A stretch of 63,069 nt of DNA, counting the filler, from Reticulomyxa filosa (Eukaryota; Protista; Foraminifera): NCBI GenBank assembly GCA_000512085.1. It is 20 parts of 20 records of this genome, joined end to end, with 100 filler letters (N's around TTAATTAATTAA, not from the genome) between each part and the next. Parts side by side here need not be neighbours in the genome. Positions count along the whole stretch, not along the records: positions 60,827 to 61,832 come from ASPP01018587.1; positions 61,933 to 63,069 come from ASPP01025526.1; 18 more parts are not named here. One strand, given 5' to 3'. The position numbers and the translations under genes were made by a program. The notes below the pieces were generated by a model that saw only the letters and a program-made list of their open reading frames with translations, ran no database searches and was not told the DNA's origin. This document shows, in pieces, positions 61,801 to 63,069 of this stretch (positions are counted from its first letter, which is position 1; the number at the start of each line of letters is the position of its first letter).

Positions 61801-63069
61801 ATAAAATGTGATCCACTTTTTTTTTTTTTTTTNNNNNNNNNNNNNNNNNNNNNNNNNNNNNNNNNNNNNNNNNNNNTTAATTAATTAANNNNNNNNNNNN
61901 NNNNNNNNNNNNNNNNNNNNNNNNNNNNNNNNATGTTTCTGCAAAGAAACTTTTTTTTAGTACTATCATCACTCAATGAGAATATTTAATAATTATATAC
62001 GATTGTAGTTCATTTTTTATTTTTTTTGAAAAAATAAACTAGTTTTTATTTGACAAAGGGGGAACGTAATTCCATTTTTTAATTTTTTTTATTTGTCATT
62101 GGCTTCATTCTTTGGATATTGCTGAAGTTTATTTGCTTTGATAAAATGGAAATAATGTTGAACTTCTTACTTTATTTCAACACAAAAACAAAGAGAATGA
62201 AAAAGGTTTATCGAAACATGTCATTGTGACAATATTAATGCGCTGCAAATTCTTATCAGATAATGCTGAGTAGTCAATTTTTGTTCAGTGTCCGCAAGCA
62301 GCGAACACTACAATATCAAAAACTATTTCTTATTGCATTTAATATAGCATTAAAAAAAGATTGTGTCCATTTGTTCTTGTGATCGTTTTTTATGCAAAAA
62401 TAAATGATCTTTTGGTTTGAATTAACAATAATCTCTTCATGCAGATGGCAAAAGACTAAACTTTCTTGCTTATCACTTTCCAAACTGTTGATTATACATT
62501 TGGTAAATTTTGAAAAAATGATAATAGTGCATCTTCAGATAGTTGCTTCAATGAGATGATCCACAAAGTCGACATGATACTATATTTTCAATAGATATTA
62601 ATTTAATCCAAACGCTATTCGTTGTCAAAATATTTACTCGCAACGCCCGAAACAAAAATGCTGCTTCCAACAATTTATCTTTTTTTATTTGAAAACACAA
62701 TTTTTCGCATTTTGAAAAATATCATCATTGTGATCGTTAACTCAATTTTTCGTTTAGGAAATAAAGAATGGTATAATTGACATTATAAAGCTTATTTCTT
62801 TGTTGTTTTTGCACTTGTTGAAATTCGTTTTTGTTTTTTTCTATCATTTCCTCATAACGCATTCGCAGAGAAAGAAAACCTTCACATGGCAAGTTATTTC
62901 ATCTTTTGTATTGATAAGAAAATTATTGCTTAATTGTTCACAAAATAAATATTCAAAGTCTTTTTTTTTGATAAAATTGTAATTTTCAATTTTTTTTTTT
63001 ATTTGGTGTGATTTTACTTTATTTTTCTTTTTTTAAAGTTTAGCAGAATTCACTTAGATCTTACAAGCC

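Noticed and set aside
9465-61932. Regularly recurring TTAATTAATTAA repeats as a CRISPR-like or biological repeat array
   Set aside because: Always centred in exactly 100 nt with N44 flanks. This is an artificial contig joiner.
61933-63069. Last contig as coding sequence
   Set aside because: AT-rich, no convincing ORF or motif. No tRNA or rRNA was recognised here or elsewhere in the window by eye.

Overview
This is AT-rich, intron-containing eukaryotic DNA, not a continuous locus. It is 20 short draft-assembly contigs joined by an artificial 100-nt spacer (N44-TTAATTAATTAA-N44), so adjacency across spacers has no biological meaning. The Kelch, WD40 and pentapeptide-WD40 families and the homopolymer-rich introns suggest a foraminiferan-like rhizarian protist such as Reticulomyxa filosa (my inference, not searched). 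Recognisable genes are RPB10, Rab18, a CDK1/2-type kinase, a myosin head, a voltage-gated channel fragment, Rab escort protein, SWEET and EamA transporters, MAPEG, an adenosine deaminase-like protein, a G-patch/PINX1-like protein, UBA-RING, EF-hand, LRR, TM-RGS, Kelch, WD40 and a STAND/NLR-like pentapeptide-WD40 protein. Relics include Pumilio, CAP-Gly, copine-WW, a second Kelch copy, a WD40 tail, an internally deleted Tc1 transposase and an RNase H. No multi-gene novel system can be claimed from such fragments. The best single-locus oddities are an apparently circularly permuted vWA domain, an in-frame chimera of duplicated MAPEG exons with a tandem-SPRY gene, introns with U-rich 5' and A-rich 3' halves, a channel with His at the domain-I filter position, a SWEET with a presequence-like N-terminus, and a ~750-bp inverted repeat. 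All gene models were spliced and translated by hand.
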